The notes: generated by a model not told the origin, from the letters alone. A DNA stretch of 64,000 nucleotides from Candidatus Aquitaenariimonas noxiae (GCA_002780005.1 PEWV01000071.1:2188-66187); one strand, 5' to 3'; shown: positions 40,098 through 50,623, counted from the stretch's first letter. Translations and numbers: made by a program.

Positions 40098-41318
40098 ATG
40101 GCTCGAAGAATATTGTTTATAGTGCCGGCCGATTACGATTCGCTCAAGAAAAAAGGCGTTGCTGATATGATTTTGGAACGCGACGAAAATGGCTTTTTTG
40201 AGAAGGTGATAACGGTTCACCCATTCGTAAAGAAATCAAAAGTAATCCGTTTAAACAATATTCATACTATATATGAGATCGGCTACGATTTGCCAGGTTC
40301 CAACTTTCTAACAAAAATTTTGACGAGGCTCCTTCTGCCTGCCCACACCTTAAAGCTCCTATTTATTATTCGTCGCATAATAAAGACCGAACAAATTAAC
40401 ATAATTCGGTCAACAGACCCTTTTTTCTGCGGAGTGTTAGCGCTTATTACGAGTAGAGTTTCGCGCATCCCGTATTGTATTTCAATACACGCCGATTATA
40501 GTAAGCGGTATGAATTGGCTGGTATAAAAAATATTCATGGAATAAGCTTGCCTCCAAAGTTAATTTATTTTATTACTAAATTAGTTCTATCAAAAGCGAG
40601 CTTAGTTATGCCTATAAGAGAATCTTTGGTCAGTTGGGCTGTTAATAGTGGAGCGGACGAAAAAAAAGTTTTTACCATACCTCACGGCATAGACTTCTTA
40701 GCCCTGGAAAAGGGTAATGATATTGATATATTTGACGCTTTTAAAATTCCCAAAAACAAAAAAATTATTAGCTTTGTCGGAAGGCTATCTAAAGAAAATT
40801 ATGTATACGATATAATAGAAGTGGTTAAGAAGGTTTCCAGAAAGCGCAATAATTTTGTTTTGCTCATGGCAGGGGATGGGGCAGAGAAGGAAAATTTAAA
40901 GAATATCATTAAAAATGACAGGATCTTATGCAATAATATTAAAATTTTAGATTTTCAGCCGAGGGATATTTGTTATCGTTTGAGAAAGGCTTCTGCGGTT
41001 TCATTATGTCTGATGGGCGGTTTTAGCTTGATAGAAGCATGCGCTGCAGCTTCACCAGTAATTTCTTATGATGTAGAATGGCATTATGAATTAATCAAAG
41101 ACGGGGTTACCGGATTTTTGATATCTGAGGGGAACATAGAAAAAGTTGCAGAAAAAATAATATTTTTATTCAATAATCCTGAAATAGCACGGGATGTGGG
41201 CAAGGCGGCGTACCAACTTGTTTACGAGAAGCACAGTATAGCGCAAACATCTTTGGTGAAGAAAAAAATTTATTCGGAGTTGCTCCATAAGGAGGTAAGC
41301 TATGGACAGTTTGTTTGA
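40098..41318 (+). CDS. Glycosyltransferase family 4 (GT-B)
   Basis: IPHGID, FVGRL, GDG, GFSLIEA and ELIKDGVTGFL motifs. Confidence 0.85.
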   Translation: MARRILFIVPADYDSLKKKGVADMILERDENGFFEKVITVHPFVKKSKVIRLNNIHTIYEIGYDLPGSNFLTKILTRLLLPAHTLKLLFIIRRIIKTEQINIIRSTDPFFCGVLALITSRVSRIPYCISIHADYSKRYELAGIKNIHGISLPPKLIYFITKLVLSKASLVMPIRESLVSWAVNSGADEKKVFTIPHGIDFLALEKGNDIDIFDAFKIPKNKKIISFVGRLSKENYVYDIIEVVKKVSRKRNNFVLLMAGDGAEKENLKNIIKNDRILCNNIKILDFQPRDICYRLRKASAVSLCLMGGFSLIEACAAASPVISYDVEWHYELIKDGVTGFLISEGNIEKVAEKIIFLFNNPEIARDVGKAAYQLVYEKHSIAQTSLVKKKIYSELLHKEVSYGQFV

Positions 41319-42096
41319 AAGTAAGGTTGAAGCATTTTGCCGATCGACATCTGATATTGTCGGGTCCGAGTATTTTAGGACAAGAAAGCTAGAATTTGAA
41401 TTGCTAAGAATGCTAGCAAGGTCTTTCGCTTCAAACAGGTTTACTAATGTACTTGAATTGGGATGCGGAATTGGTTTTAAAGCATTATTGATGAGCCAAT
41501 ATGTAGCACATATTGATGCAGTCGATATTGATACAGCCTACCACGGGTTTAAAAGTTCAAAAAAATCATCCGATATCGCAAGGGCAGCTTTTGAGAATAT
41601 CGGGATTAAGAATATCGATATTTTTTCTACTGATTATGCGAAGTTTCTTAATGAGCATGTAAATACATATGAATTGATCTATTCTGATTACTTGCTTGAG
41701 CATATCCCCAATATAACAGAACTCTGTAGATATATGTACTTGGGCCTTGTGCCTGGAGGGAAGATGTTGCATATTGTTCCCAACACTCACGATGCGCTTA
41801 TTCAATTCTCAAAAGAAAATTTGCAGCCTTTTTTAGTTGCCATGGCACGTGTGATGAAGGGGTATTTTAATTCTGCCTTTGGTTCTTTGCGCAGAAGGCC
41901 AAAGCGGATGTTTAACGGCGTTTTTGTGCCTATTACGCATTCCGAATTTATTCATGACTATGCGCAGCAATTTGAAGTATATCGCATTGAAAATTATTTA
42001 TTTCCTATGATCGAAGCGGGATTCGAGATAGTTCAGATATTGCCATTACGCGAGCACAGTTGCGCCATATTTGCACAAAAACCGGCTATGCGTTGA
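41302..42096 (+). CDS. Class I SAM-dependent methyltransferase
   Basis: VLELGCGIG, LLEHIP and LVPGG...VPN motifs. Confidence 0.85.
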   Translation: MDSLFESKVEAFCRSTSDIVGSEYFRTRKLEFELLRMLARSFASNRFTNVLELGCGIGFKALLMSQYVAHIDAVDIDTAYHGFKSSKKSSDIARAAFENIGIKNIDIFSTDYAKFLNEHVNTYELIYSDYLLEHIPNITELCRYMYLGLVPGGKMLHIVPNTHDALIQFSKENLQPFLVAMARVMKGYFNSAFGSLRRRPKRMFNGVFVPITHSEFIHDYAQQFEVYRIENYLFPMIEAGFEIVQILPLREHSCAIFAQKPAMR

Positions 42097-42191
42097 ATTT
42101 GAAATACTTTTGAGAAAAACAAGATTTTAGCAAAAGAAAGCAATATTGAGAAAGCGACCGAGGCGTGTGTTTTTTATTTAACCATCGAAAG

Positions 42192-43025
42192 ATGTCTAAA
42201 GAAATGGGAAACAATACAAAAAAGATCACACGGGCGAAAGATCCTGCCTCTGAGATAAAATTGAATAATAAATGGTATATAGACGGCCACTTTTGCCAAT
42301 TGGAAGATAGGGCTTCCGCTGGGGTTATTCTTAAACGATGGAGAAACTTTGAAAATGCGTTAAACTTATGGCTAATAGACGATAAAACCAACCATAACAA
42401 CCAGCGGATTAATATTTTAGATGCCGGATGCGGGGATGGTGTGAATTTAATTTTTTTTGATAGCTTCATTAAAAGATCGAGCCTGGATGCGGTTTTGTTC
42501 GGCACCGATTACAATTTGCTGCGTTTAAAAAGGGCCAAAGATAAATTCGCAGGTGTGCGTTTCGTAAATTCTCTTATCAAGGATTCTCCGTTTCCGGATA
42601 AATATTTCGATATAGTCCTGCTAAATCATGTTTTGGAGCACATACCCGACGATGAGGAAGCTCTTAATGAACTTTCTAGAATTATAAAAACTGCCGGGCT
42701 TTTGCTGCTATGCGTTCCTAATGAAGGGTGTATGATGGCAAACATTAGAAATAAGTTTTTGCAAAGAAGCATACTTACTACAACTGACCATGTCAATTTC
42801 TACAATGAATTGATATTAAAGGAAAAAGTTAAAAAGTCGAATTTCGAAGTTTTATTTTTATTTAAAGAAGGTTTTTTCTTTCCCCATTTAAGAATAAGCC
42901 GTTTTTTTAATTTGGTTTATGGCGGTAATTTTATCATAAATATTTTGCATTTTTTGTTCCCTTCGCAATCTACTGAATTATTTTTTGTTTTACAAAAACG
43001 CAGCATAAAACACTATGATAAATAA
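42192..43025 (+). CDS. Class I SAM-dependent methyltransferase
   Basis: ILDAGCGDG, FDIVLLNHVLEHI, VPN and HVNFY motifs. Start uncertain (GTG 42165, ATG 42192 or ATG 42204). Confidence 0.83.
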   Translation: MSKEMGNNTKKITRAKDPASEIKLNNKWYIDGHFCQLEDRASAGVILKRWRNFENALNLWLIDDKTNHNNQRINILDAGCGDGVNLIFFDSFIKRSSLDAVLFGTDYNLLRLKRAKDKFAGVRFVNSLIKDSPFPDKYFDIVLLNHVLEHIPDDEEALNELSRIIKTAGLLLLCVPNEGCMMANIRNKFLQRSILTTTDHVNFYNELILKEKVKKSNFEVLFLFKEGFFFPHLRISRFFNLVYGGNFIINILHFLFPSQSTELFFVLQKRSIKHYDK

Positions 43026-44559
43026 AATCGCAGTTTTGGCAAATAATATCGGCAGTTTTACAGGGCTAACAAACTTTTTACGAAGGATGGGGGCGGGGTT
43101 CGCTTGTTCTAATAAATTGGCAAACCTCAATCTCGATGGTTTTGACATACTTTTTATCGCTGGTAATTTTATATTTAAGGATTCAGAAATTAAAAACTTA
43201 AAACATTGGGCTGAAAAGGATTCGAATAGAAAAATTATTATAAGCGAGTATTCTAATATTATCAGCGATGTTTTTGATTCCCCTGTTTCATTAGAAAAAC
43301 CAGAAAGTCCCTATTGGCCTCTTTCAATCGATTTTAAAGGAAAAAAAGCGCTAGTTTCTTTTCCGAAGTATTCGTGTCTAAAATTTGAAAATAACCAAGA
43401 CTTGAAGTACATCAAGAAACATCGTCTTTTTATTACTAAAGGTGACTTTTTAAGACCTGAGTTCTCAATATTCGATAAAAACGGAGCCGAATTCCTTATT
43501 TATCAATTTAAAAATTATATAGCACTCACTGTGCCGGTATTTAAAATATTGGGGGATATTTTTCTAGGGCAAATGAGTATTGAAAATTTTAAAAACTGGC
43601 AGAACCCTTTATTCTGCCTAGATGAATTTATCCTTAATCTTAAAGAAATCATAGAAGATGCGCTCGGTACAAAAATTAATGTTGACACCAATGCTATTTC
43701 TGATAATGACCATAGGGGGACAATAGTATTGAGGCATGACGTAGATTCATCAAGAGACATCTCATATCTGGAATATGAATTAGAAAATAAAATCCCTGCT
43801 ACTTATGCGCTATTAGTGGATAAAAATACAAAATTTTGGCTGTCTAAATTAAGGAATAAGCCGGATATTGAGATATCCTTTCATTACAATACAGTTGATG
43901 AGGGTTCTATTTTTACTAAAATAGCAAACCGTTCATTTAAAAACGAATCGCAATACAAGCCTTTTATAAAAGGCATTACCGGTTCAGGATTATACAGGCA
44001 ATATCTGAAAGCAAAAAGCAGCGGAATTTATGCTGAGACTCTGAATAGGCATGGCCCGTTTATTGTCTTGCCTGATTTTTATGATGCCATGGAATACCTT
44101 TGCAGGAGAGAACCTGCTGTTTTGGGCGGTGGGAGCCTGTTTCGGGGAATAATATTAGAAAAAAAAGGGGGGGGCCAGGTTTATGCTAATGGTCTTGGTG
44201 GAATATTCCCGGAGACATTCATGCCTTATTGGTATCCTATAAAAGCCTTTTTGAAATCAGGGAATTCCATAGAGCGATCCAAATTTTGGGAATCTACACA
44301 TTTAATGGAAACTGATCCTGCGTTAATTGACCTTTTATTGGAAAATAAGGACTCCTGCGTTAATAAGCCAGTATATTCATTTGGGTTCCATCCGGCGCAT
44401 GCCAGAAGCGGGACATTCAGTAAAAATGGCTGCTTTCCTTGGTTTGAATACCTTATTAAAAAGGCTAGGAGCTTGGATTTTGAGTTTTTGACATTGGTAC
44501 AGCTGTATAGAAGAATGAACGAATGGGAAAAATCAAATGTTAAATACATCCTTGATTGA
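43015..44559 (+). CDS. Polysaccharide deacetylase-like (CE4 fold) protein
   Basis: LRHDVD, EISFHY and FHP metal/catalytic motifs in the C-terminal half; contains an A8G8 homopolymer. Confidence 0.65.
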   Translation: MINKIAVLANNIGSFTGLTNFLRRMGAGFACSNKLANLNLDGFDILFIAGNFIFKDSEIKNLKHWAEKDSNRKIIISEYSNIISDVFDSPVSLEKPESPYWPLSIDFKGKKALVSFPKYSCLKFENNQDLKYIKKHRLFITKGDFLRPEFSIFDKNGAEFLIYQFKNYIALTVPVFKILGDIFLGQMSIENFKNWQNPLFCLDEFILNLKEIIEDALGTKINVDTNAISDNDHRGTIVLRHDVDSSRDISYLEYELENKIPATYALLVDKNTKFWLSKLRNKPDIEISFHYNTVDEGSIFTKIANRSFKNESQYKPFIKGITGSGLYRQYLKAKSSGIYAETLNRHGPFIVLPDFYDAMEYLCRREPAVLGGGSLFRGIILEKKGGGQVYANGLGGIFPETFMPYWYPIKAFLKSGNSIERSKFWESTHLMETDPALIDLLLENKDSCVNKPVYSFGFHPAHARSGTFSKNGCFPWFEYLIKKARSLDFEFLTLVQLYRRMNEWEKSNVKYILD

Positions 44560-45460
44560 GGTTCTTGAGTGTCCCTCTTGCAAGGGAAACTTAACCATTA
44601 ATGATGCTGCGATTTCTTGCTGCCGTTGCGGCGAATCTTTCTTATTATCGAAGAATGTTGTTGATTTTCGAAATAAAAATATTTCAAACTCAAATAAAAT
44701 AGGACATCGTTTTAATGCAAAGGAAATAAATAAATACGGCAGATTTCTCTTAAATCCTGTAAGTTCTCCTTTTTCTCCGTTAACATTGATCACAAAATAT
44801 AGAATAACCAAATATTATAAAGATATTTTGGGTTCAGAAACTAGGGCTTCGAAATTTTTTAACTATTATCTCGAGAAAGCTGATTTGCAAAAAAACGATA
44901 TTGTATTAGATTATGGTTGCGGTAAAGGAAGAATATCAGCAATGATGAGCCTATTAGGTTTCAGGGTGATAGGCTGTGATATTTTTGAGGACGCTTTTAG
45001 ATATCAGATCAAGAACAGCCTTTTTTATCTTCAAAACCCCCAGGTATCTTTTTATATAAAAAATGAAAGTATTAACTTGGCTATCGACTATTTAGTTATT
45101 AATAATATTCCAGAATTGGAATTGGAAAATTACCTCGCAGCAATTCAGAGTAAATTAAAAGAAAAAGGTTATTTCCTGTTGGTTTCAGCGAATCCTAAAT
45201 CTTACGGCGCGCATATTTTTTATAAATATACTTCCACGGTATTTTCTCCGGAATTAATCCTGAGCCATCTTCGAAAACTAAAGTTTAAAATCAATATTTT
45301 CCGTTACGATACTTTTTATGCTCCATTTTTTCCTTTACTGATCAATTGGTTTAGACTGGTTTTAAGAAAAGAATTTGAAATGTTTGATTACAATTCAAGA
45401 TTGGCGTCATTAATAAATCCGGAAAAGAGAGGAGTTTTTGTAATTTTAGCACAGAAATAA
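44537..45460 (+). CDS. Class I SAM-dependent methyltransferase with N-terminal Trm112-like Zn ribbon
   Basis: LECPSCKG...CCRCG followed by VLDYGCGKG and GCDI. Confidence 0.82.
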   Translation: MLNTSLIEVLECPSCKGNLTINDAAISCCRCGESFLLSKNVVDFRNKNISNSNKIGHRFNAKEINKYGRFLLNPVSSPFSPLTLITKYRITKYYKDILGSETRASKFFNYYLEKADLQKNDIVLDYGCGKGRISAMMSLLGFRVIGCDIFEDAFRYQIKNSLFYLQNPQVSFYIKNESINLAIDYLVINNIPELELENYLAAIQSKLKEKGYFLLVSANPKSYGAHIFYKYTSTVFSPELILSHLRKLKFKINIFRYDTFYAPFFPLLINWFRLVLRKEFEMFDYNSRLASLINPEKRGVFVILAQK

Positions 45461-45462
45461 AA

Positions 45463-46947
45463 ATGGAATCGAAGAAAGATATTAACAAAATTTTCTCGGA
45501 TTATACGATAATGCTGGCTAATAAATATTTTTTTATAGTATTAGCAGTGGCTTCCTCTGTATTGCTTACAAGAACACTCGGGCAAGGCGGGTTTGGGCAG
45601 TTCAGCCTTTTTATGATGGTAGCAAATATTATTTTTATAACGTTTATTAGCTGGAGTTCAAACTCTGTATTACGCTTCGGGAAAGAAGAGTTTATAAGAG
45701 AGGGGAAGTTAAATAAAGTTTTCTGGGCCAGGAATATTATAATATTTTGGGTCCTTTTGATTTCATTCACTACGATTTTCATATTAAGGGCAAATATATG
45801 TGCCTATCTCCAAATTAAATTTGCTTATATATACGTACTTCTCTATATACTGATTTTTTGTTCTTTGGATTATATCAGTTATATATTTCAAGCCGTAAGA
45901 AAGCTAAGGCTATATTCTTTTATCGAAGTGCTCAATAAATTTCTTTTTCTAGTATTTTTACTGGTATTTTTGGTGTTGGGTAAAAGTAAAGTCCCGTATA
46001 TACTGTGCGCCCTTGTAGTTTCGCAGCTCTTGACTTTTATAATTTTTATAAGATACATTAATTTTGATTGGTTATTCCCGATAGTTTTTGATAAAAAATC
46101 GTTAAAGGAAATTTTTACATTTTCTTATCCTCTGATATTAAGTTCAATATCGGCGTATATTGTTAATTATATCGATATTATCGTTATAAAAAAATACCTT
46201 CTGTTTTCAGATGTCGGCATTTATTCTTTGTCGTATAATATAATGAATTATTTTCAGCAGGTCATTATGATAGTAATTTCCGTCACCGGTCCTATATTGA
46301 TAAGTCTTCTTACCGAGAATAAAAAGGAAATCGTAAAATTGTATATTACCAGAATAGTGCCTCAGGGTATATTTTTTTGGTCTATGTTTTTGACGTTATC
46401 CATACTAGCTATGCCATATATAATACCGCTTATTTTTGGATGGGGGTTCAAGGGTAGCGTGACCCCGTCTTTAATACTGCTCTTGGGTCTTGTTTATAAC
46501 GGAATAGCCTGTTTTTATTCAGGGATCCTCAGCTCATATAAATTAATAAAAGAAATTGTGATTGTCAACATAGCGATGGCCCTAATCAATCTGGCGGGAG
46601 ACTTTCTGCTTGTCCCCATAATTGGTATTAATGGTGCCGCCATATCTTCTGCTGTGATTTATTCGTTGGGCGCTTGCGGATATATGCTCGTAGGGAACAG
46701 AATACTTGGCTTGAAAGAGTATAAAGCCCTTATTTTTTTAATTCCTGCGGCGCTCATTTTGCTTGCCAGCATTTTTAAATTCAACATTGTAGCTTCTTCT
46801 TTGATCGCGGCTTTTCTATATTATCTATTTTTGACCCGACTTAAGATATTCCGGGTTTCTGACCTTGAATTTCTAGGTCATATCGATATGCCTTTATTTG
46901 TCCGTAATGCTTTAATTAAAACATACAAATTTTTGGATAAATCATAG
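45463..46947 (+). CDS. wzx: Wzx-type oligosaccharide flippase
   Basis: About 12-14 hydrophobic helices; TRTLGQGGFG, FSYPL, IDIIVIK, VGIYS and GINGAAIS motifs. Confidence 0.85.
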   Translation: MESKKDINKIFSDYTIMLANKYFFIVLAVASSVLLTRTLGQGGFGQFSLFMMVANIIFITFISWSSNSVLRFGKEEFIREGKLNKVFWARNIIIFWVLLISFTTIFILRANICAYLQIKFAYIYVLLYILIFCSLDYISYIFQAVRKLRLYSFIEVLNKFLFLVFLLVFLVLGKSKVPYILCALVVSQLLTFIIFIRYINFDWLFPIVFDKKSLKEIFTFSYPLILSSISAYIVNYIDIIVIKKYLLFSDVGIYSLSYNIMNYFQQVIMIVISVTGPILISLLTENKKEIVKLYITRIVPQGIFFWSMFLTLSILAMPYIIPLIFGWGFKGSVTPSLILLLGLVYNGIACFYSGILSSYKLIKEIVIVNIAMALINLAGDFLLVPIIGINGAAISSAVIYSLGACGYMLVGNRILGLKEYKALIFLIPAALILLASIFKFNIVASSLIAAFLYYLFLTRLKIFRVSDLEFLGHIDMPLFVRNALIKTYKFLDKS

Positions 46948-46960
46948 AATTTAATCATTT

Positions 46961-48451
46961 ATGCCTATTTTAATTATATTTTCGCTAATACTGGTAATTA
47001 CATTACTCCTTAGGGTTGTTCCAATTATGCTTTCTAAAGGCAGCTCGGGTGCAGACCATTGGTTTTGGAAGGCCTATATTGAAAAATATGCTCAAGAGAA
47101 GAAATTCCCTCCGGATTTGCCTCAGTATATGCTTGACCTGAAGCAATGGTATCCTCCAATATTTCCGCTTATCATGATACGGCTACCGAAACTGATTCTC
47201 AATAAATATGGCTATTATATTCCTATTTTTATAGACTTAGTTAGGGTCTTCTTACTTTTAAGCATACTTTCTCTGCTCTCTAAAGGTAATAAGTCAGCAA
47301 TTCTTACTTCAGGCATTATCTATGCAACCACCCCCATTCTAGTTTCATATAATATGCAGCTTAATCCCAGAGGCCTTGGGGCATTGTTTTTGGACTGTGT
47401 TATTATTCTTGTGGCCGGGTTATATATTTTTGAATGCAGCACTTGGATTTGGTTTATTATTTTAATATTTTCAGGTCTGATTTTGCTCACACACAAGATG
47501 ACGACACAGTTATTCTGGATTATTTGTATTTTCCTGGGTTTTTATTTTCATGATTGGAAGTTGTTTATGATAATTCCCGGGTCAGTTTTGAGTGCACTAC
47601 TTTTGAGCCGAGGTTTTTATTGGAAAGTGCTACAGGCTCATTTTGATATTGTTTCGTTCTGGAATAGAAACTGGAAATGGCTTCAAGCTAACCCCGTAAA
47701 AGAATCTCCTATTTATGGTGATTTTAATTACGATACCCAAACTAAATTCTATAAGAGGGGAGCTAAAGGCTTTTTGCGGCATCTAAGTTATTTTTTCGGG
47801 TATTCACCGGCATTATGGATAACCATAGTTGCTGTCATTCCCGTAGTTTTGCTTAAAATGCTTGAAACCGATAGTCTTATTTCTTTTGCGTATGCTATCT
47901 TAAGTTTGACAGTTGTATTTGCCGTATGCACTGTTTTTGTACCCTTTCTAAAATGTCTTGGAGCCGGCTACTACTACCTTTACAACACTGCTCTTTTGTT
48001 GGCATTTTTATGGGGTTCTATAATAATGCAGAATCAGAAAAATCCTTTAGCTTGGCTTGCTTGCTTTATTTGTTTAGGATTCAATCTAATTTCTTTATTT
48101 CTCTTTTATACTAAGATTGAAGGGGAGGGAAGGAAAGACGTCAATCTTGACAAAATGATAGCTTTTATCAGGACATTGCCTTATGGTCCGATTATTTGCT
48201 TACCTCCGCAATGGTATGATGCTGTTGCATATAAGACAAGCTATCCTGTTCTATTCGGAGGGCATGGTTATGGCTTTAAATTATTAGAGCCTACATTTCC
48301 AAGAATACTTGAGCCTATCAACACTCTGGTAAACAGGTATGGAGTTAAATATATTCTTACCTTAGAGGGATACCTGACCGAAAAATTTTTGCATGATATT
48401 AAATACTTTAAAATAGAGAGTATCGGAAAATGCAGGCTTTTTGTCCTTTGA
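46961..48451 (+). CDS. Polytopic membrane protein, putative GT-C-fold glycosyltransferase
   Basis: First-loop acidic motif GADHWFW followed by YPP, about 11 TM segments, and a soluble C-terminal domain (AYKTSYPV, YGVKYIL). Confidence 0.5.
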   Translation: MPILIIFSLILVITLLLRVVPIMLSKGSSGADHWFWKAYIEKYAQEKKFPPDLPQYMLDLKQWYPPIFPLIMIRLPKLILNKYGYYIPIFIDLVRVFLLLSILSLLSKGNKSAILTSGIIYATTPILVSYNMQLNPRGLGALFLDCVIILVAGLYIFECSTWIWFIILIFSGLILLTHKMTTQLFWIICIFLGFYFHDWKLFMIIPGSVLSALLLSRGFYWKVLQAHFDIVSFWNRNWKWLQANPVKESPIYGDFNYDTQTKFYKRGAKGFLRHLSYFFGYSPALWITIVAVIPVVLLKMLETDSLISFAYAILSLTVVFAVCTVFVPFLKCLGAGYYYLYNTALLLAFLWGSIIMQNQKNPLAWLACFICLGFNLISLFLFYTKIEGEGRKDVNLDKMIAFIRTLPYGPIICLPPQWYDAVAYKTSYPVLFGGHGYGFKLLEPTFPRILEPINTLVNRYGVKYILTLEGYLTEKFLHDIKYFKIESIGKCRLFVL

Positions 48452-48461
48452 ATACAATAAA

Positions 48462-49613
48462 ATGACAAATCGTATTAAAATTCTTCATCTTATTACTGAT
48501 TTAGACACAGGGGGGGCTGAAACAATGCTTTATAGGCTTTTATCTAAGTCTAGCCCGGCTTATGAAAATGTTGTAATTTCTATGACTGATAAAGGAATTA
48601 TCGGGTCACGAGTAGAATCACTAGGGATTAAGGTGCATGCGCTGAATACTCGCAAAGGCATCCCCGACTTATTCGCTTTCTCAAAATTATTACGAATATT
48701 ACGTAAGGAGAAGCCGCAAGTCCTTCAAACTTGGCTTTATCATGCGGATCTATTTGGCCTGCTTGCCGCAAAAATTGCGAGAATAAAGATAATTGCATGG
48801 AATATCCGCTGTTCCTGCGTTGACACCAGAAAATATTCTCTAGGAAAGAGGCTAATACTAAAACTTTTGATAAAGCTATCAAATTTACCTACGGTTGTAA
48901 TAGCAAATGCAAAGGCAGGGATGGATGTCCACAAGAAAATTGGTTATAGGGCACGCCGTTGGGAAATAATTAATAATGGATTTGACATAGATTTTTTTAA
49001 TCCCAAGTTTCTTAAGAAAAACGAACTCAAAAAGAAATTTTTTGGTGATGCCAATTTTACATTAATTGGTTCGGTTGCCCGTTTTGATGAGTTAAAGGAT
49101 CATAAAAATTTATTAAGGGCAATAAAAGTCTTTGTCGATAAATATGCTGCTGCAGATAACGTTAAATTCGCCCTTGTTGGTTCAGGGACTAATGATAATC
49201 CGTTTTTGCAGGGATTAATTAAAACAATGGGTACAGAAAGTAAAGTTATGACTTTGGGCGAAAGGAACGATATCCCCGACATAATGTCAAGTTTTGATAT
49301 TTATTGTTCTTCTTCTTCTAGCGAAGGGTTCCCCAACACTATCGGAGAATCAATGGCTTGCGGCGTGCCCTGTGTCGCTACAGATGCAGGCGATTCCGCA
49401 TTTTTGATCGATACGACAGGAATTATTGTGCCTATAAAAGATCCCGCAGCTTTAGCTGCTGCATGGCATGAAATGATATCAATCGGTGAGGAGGGCAGGC
49501 AAAAGTTAGGGATTCTTGCCAGAAAAAGGATTGAGACCGATTTTTCAATAAGTAAAATTGCACGTCAATATGAAACGTTGTATAGCGATTTGATAAATAA
49601 CCTTAATAGCTAA
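48462..49613 (+). CDS. Glycosyltransferase family 4 (WbnK-like)
   Basis: GGAETML, QTWLYHADL, WNIR, KDH and EGFPNTIGESMACG motifs. Start ATG 48462 preferred over TTG 48441. Confidence 0.88.
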   Translation: MTNRIKILHLITDLDTGGAETMLYRLLSKSSPAYENVVISMTDKGIIGSRVESLGIKVHALNTRKGIPDLFAFSKLLRILRKEKPQVLQTWLYHADLFGLLAAKIARIKIIAWNIRCSCVDTRKYSLGKRLILKLLIKLSNLPTVVIANAKAGMDVHKKIGYRARRWEIINNGFDIDFFNPKFLKKNELKKKFFGDANFTLIGSVARFDELKDHKNLLRAIKVFVDKYAAADNVKFALVGSGTNDNPFLQGLIKTMGTESKVMTLGERNDIPDIMSSFDIYCSSSSSEGFPNTIGESMACGVPCVATDAGDSAFLIDTTGIIVPIKDPAALAAAWHEMISIGEEGRQKLGILARKRIETDFSISKIARQYETLYSDLINNLNS

Positions 49614-49621
49614 TTACGCAT

Positions 49622-50623
49622 ATGTATTATTTAAACAAAATAGATTCTCTTAAAAATATCTTCGGAAACAATAGTGTTTCCTTGGGAAAAGATTATCTCA
49701 CTGTGAATAATAAAGAATTCCCTATTATTAACGATGTGATAATAGTTCTGGAACCCTCTAAATTACCAGATGCGGTTAAGAAACGATTATCCTACGGTGC
49801 GGAAAATAACACACCCGTATCAGAATTTGCAGAAGATATTCAGTTTACATTCAGCGCGGAATGGAAAAAATACTCTGCCATCTTACCAGAGCATCAGAGT
49901 GAATTTAAGGCCTACTTTGACTTAGTTGATTTAGAAAGCTTGAAAAACTCCAGAGTATGTGACCTAGGGTGCGGAATCGGCAGGTGGAGTCATTTCTTGA
50001 AAGATAAATGTAAAGAACTTGTTTTAGTTGATTTTTCAGAGTCTATTTTTCTTGCCAGGGAGAATCTACGTGAAGCTGATAATGCGATTTTTCTTATGGC
50101 AGACATAAACGGTTTGCCATTAAAAGAGAAATTTGCTGATTTTTTGTTTTGTCTAGGGGTTCTGCACCACCTTCCCGTTAACGCCTTACATGAAGTAAGG
50201 AGATTAAAAAAATATTCTTCAACAATATTAGTTTATTTGTATTATTCTTTAGATAACCGCCCTTTTCATTTTCGAATACTACTTTCTTTGATCACTTTTA
50301 TTCGGCTATCCGTGTCACGCAATAGAAATGAGTTTTTCCGGTCTGCTTTTACGTATTTTGTGGCAAGTTTTATTTATTTCCCCTTAATTAAACTCGGAGA
50401 GATCTTCAGTTTTTTTAAAATTTCTCATTTTATTCCTATTTATGACGGGTACCGGAACAAGAGTCTACTAAGGATACGGCAGGATGTTTATGACCGGTTT
50501 TTTACTCGCATAGAACAGCGTTTTAGCCGGAAAGATATTATGGGCCTGAGCGACACTTTTGCAGATATTAAAATTTCCGAATATTGGCCATATTGGCATT
50601 TTTTATGTAAGGACCCTCTATGA
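49622..50623 (+). CDS. Class I SAM-dependent methyltransferase (degenerate Trm112-like N-terminus)
   Basis: FPIINDVI, F..EW, DLGCGIGRW and CLGVLHHL motifs. Confidence 0.85.
   Translation: MYYLNKIDSLKNIFGNNSVSLGKDYLTVNNKEFPIINDVIIVLEPSKLPDAVKKRLSYGAENNTPVSEFAEDIQFTFSAEWKKYSAILPEHQSEFKAYFDLVDLESLKNSRVCDLGCGIGRWSHFLKDKCKELVLVDFSESIFLARENLREADNAIFLMADINGLPLKEKFADFLFCLGVLHHLPVNALHEVRRLKKYSSTILVYLYYSLDNRPFHFRILLSLITFIRLSVSRNRNEFFRSAFTYFVASFIYFPLIKLGEIFSFFKISHFIPIYDGYRNKSLLRIRQDVYDRFFTRIEQRFSRKDIMGLSDTFADIKISEYWPYWHFLCKDPL

Noticed and set aside
48510-48516. G7 run near the start of a GT4 gene as a phase-variation tract
   Set aside because: Short, and explained by the conserved GGAE motif codons.
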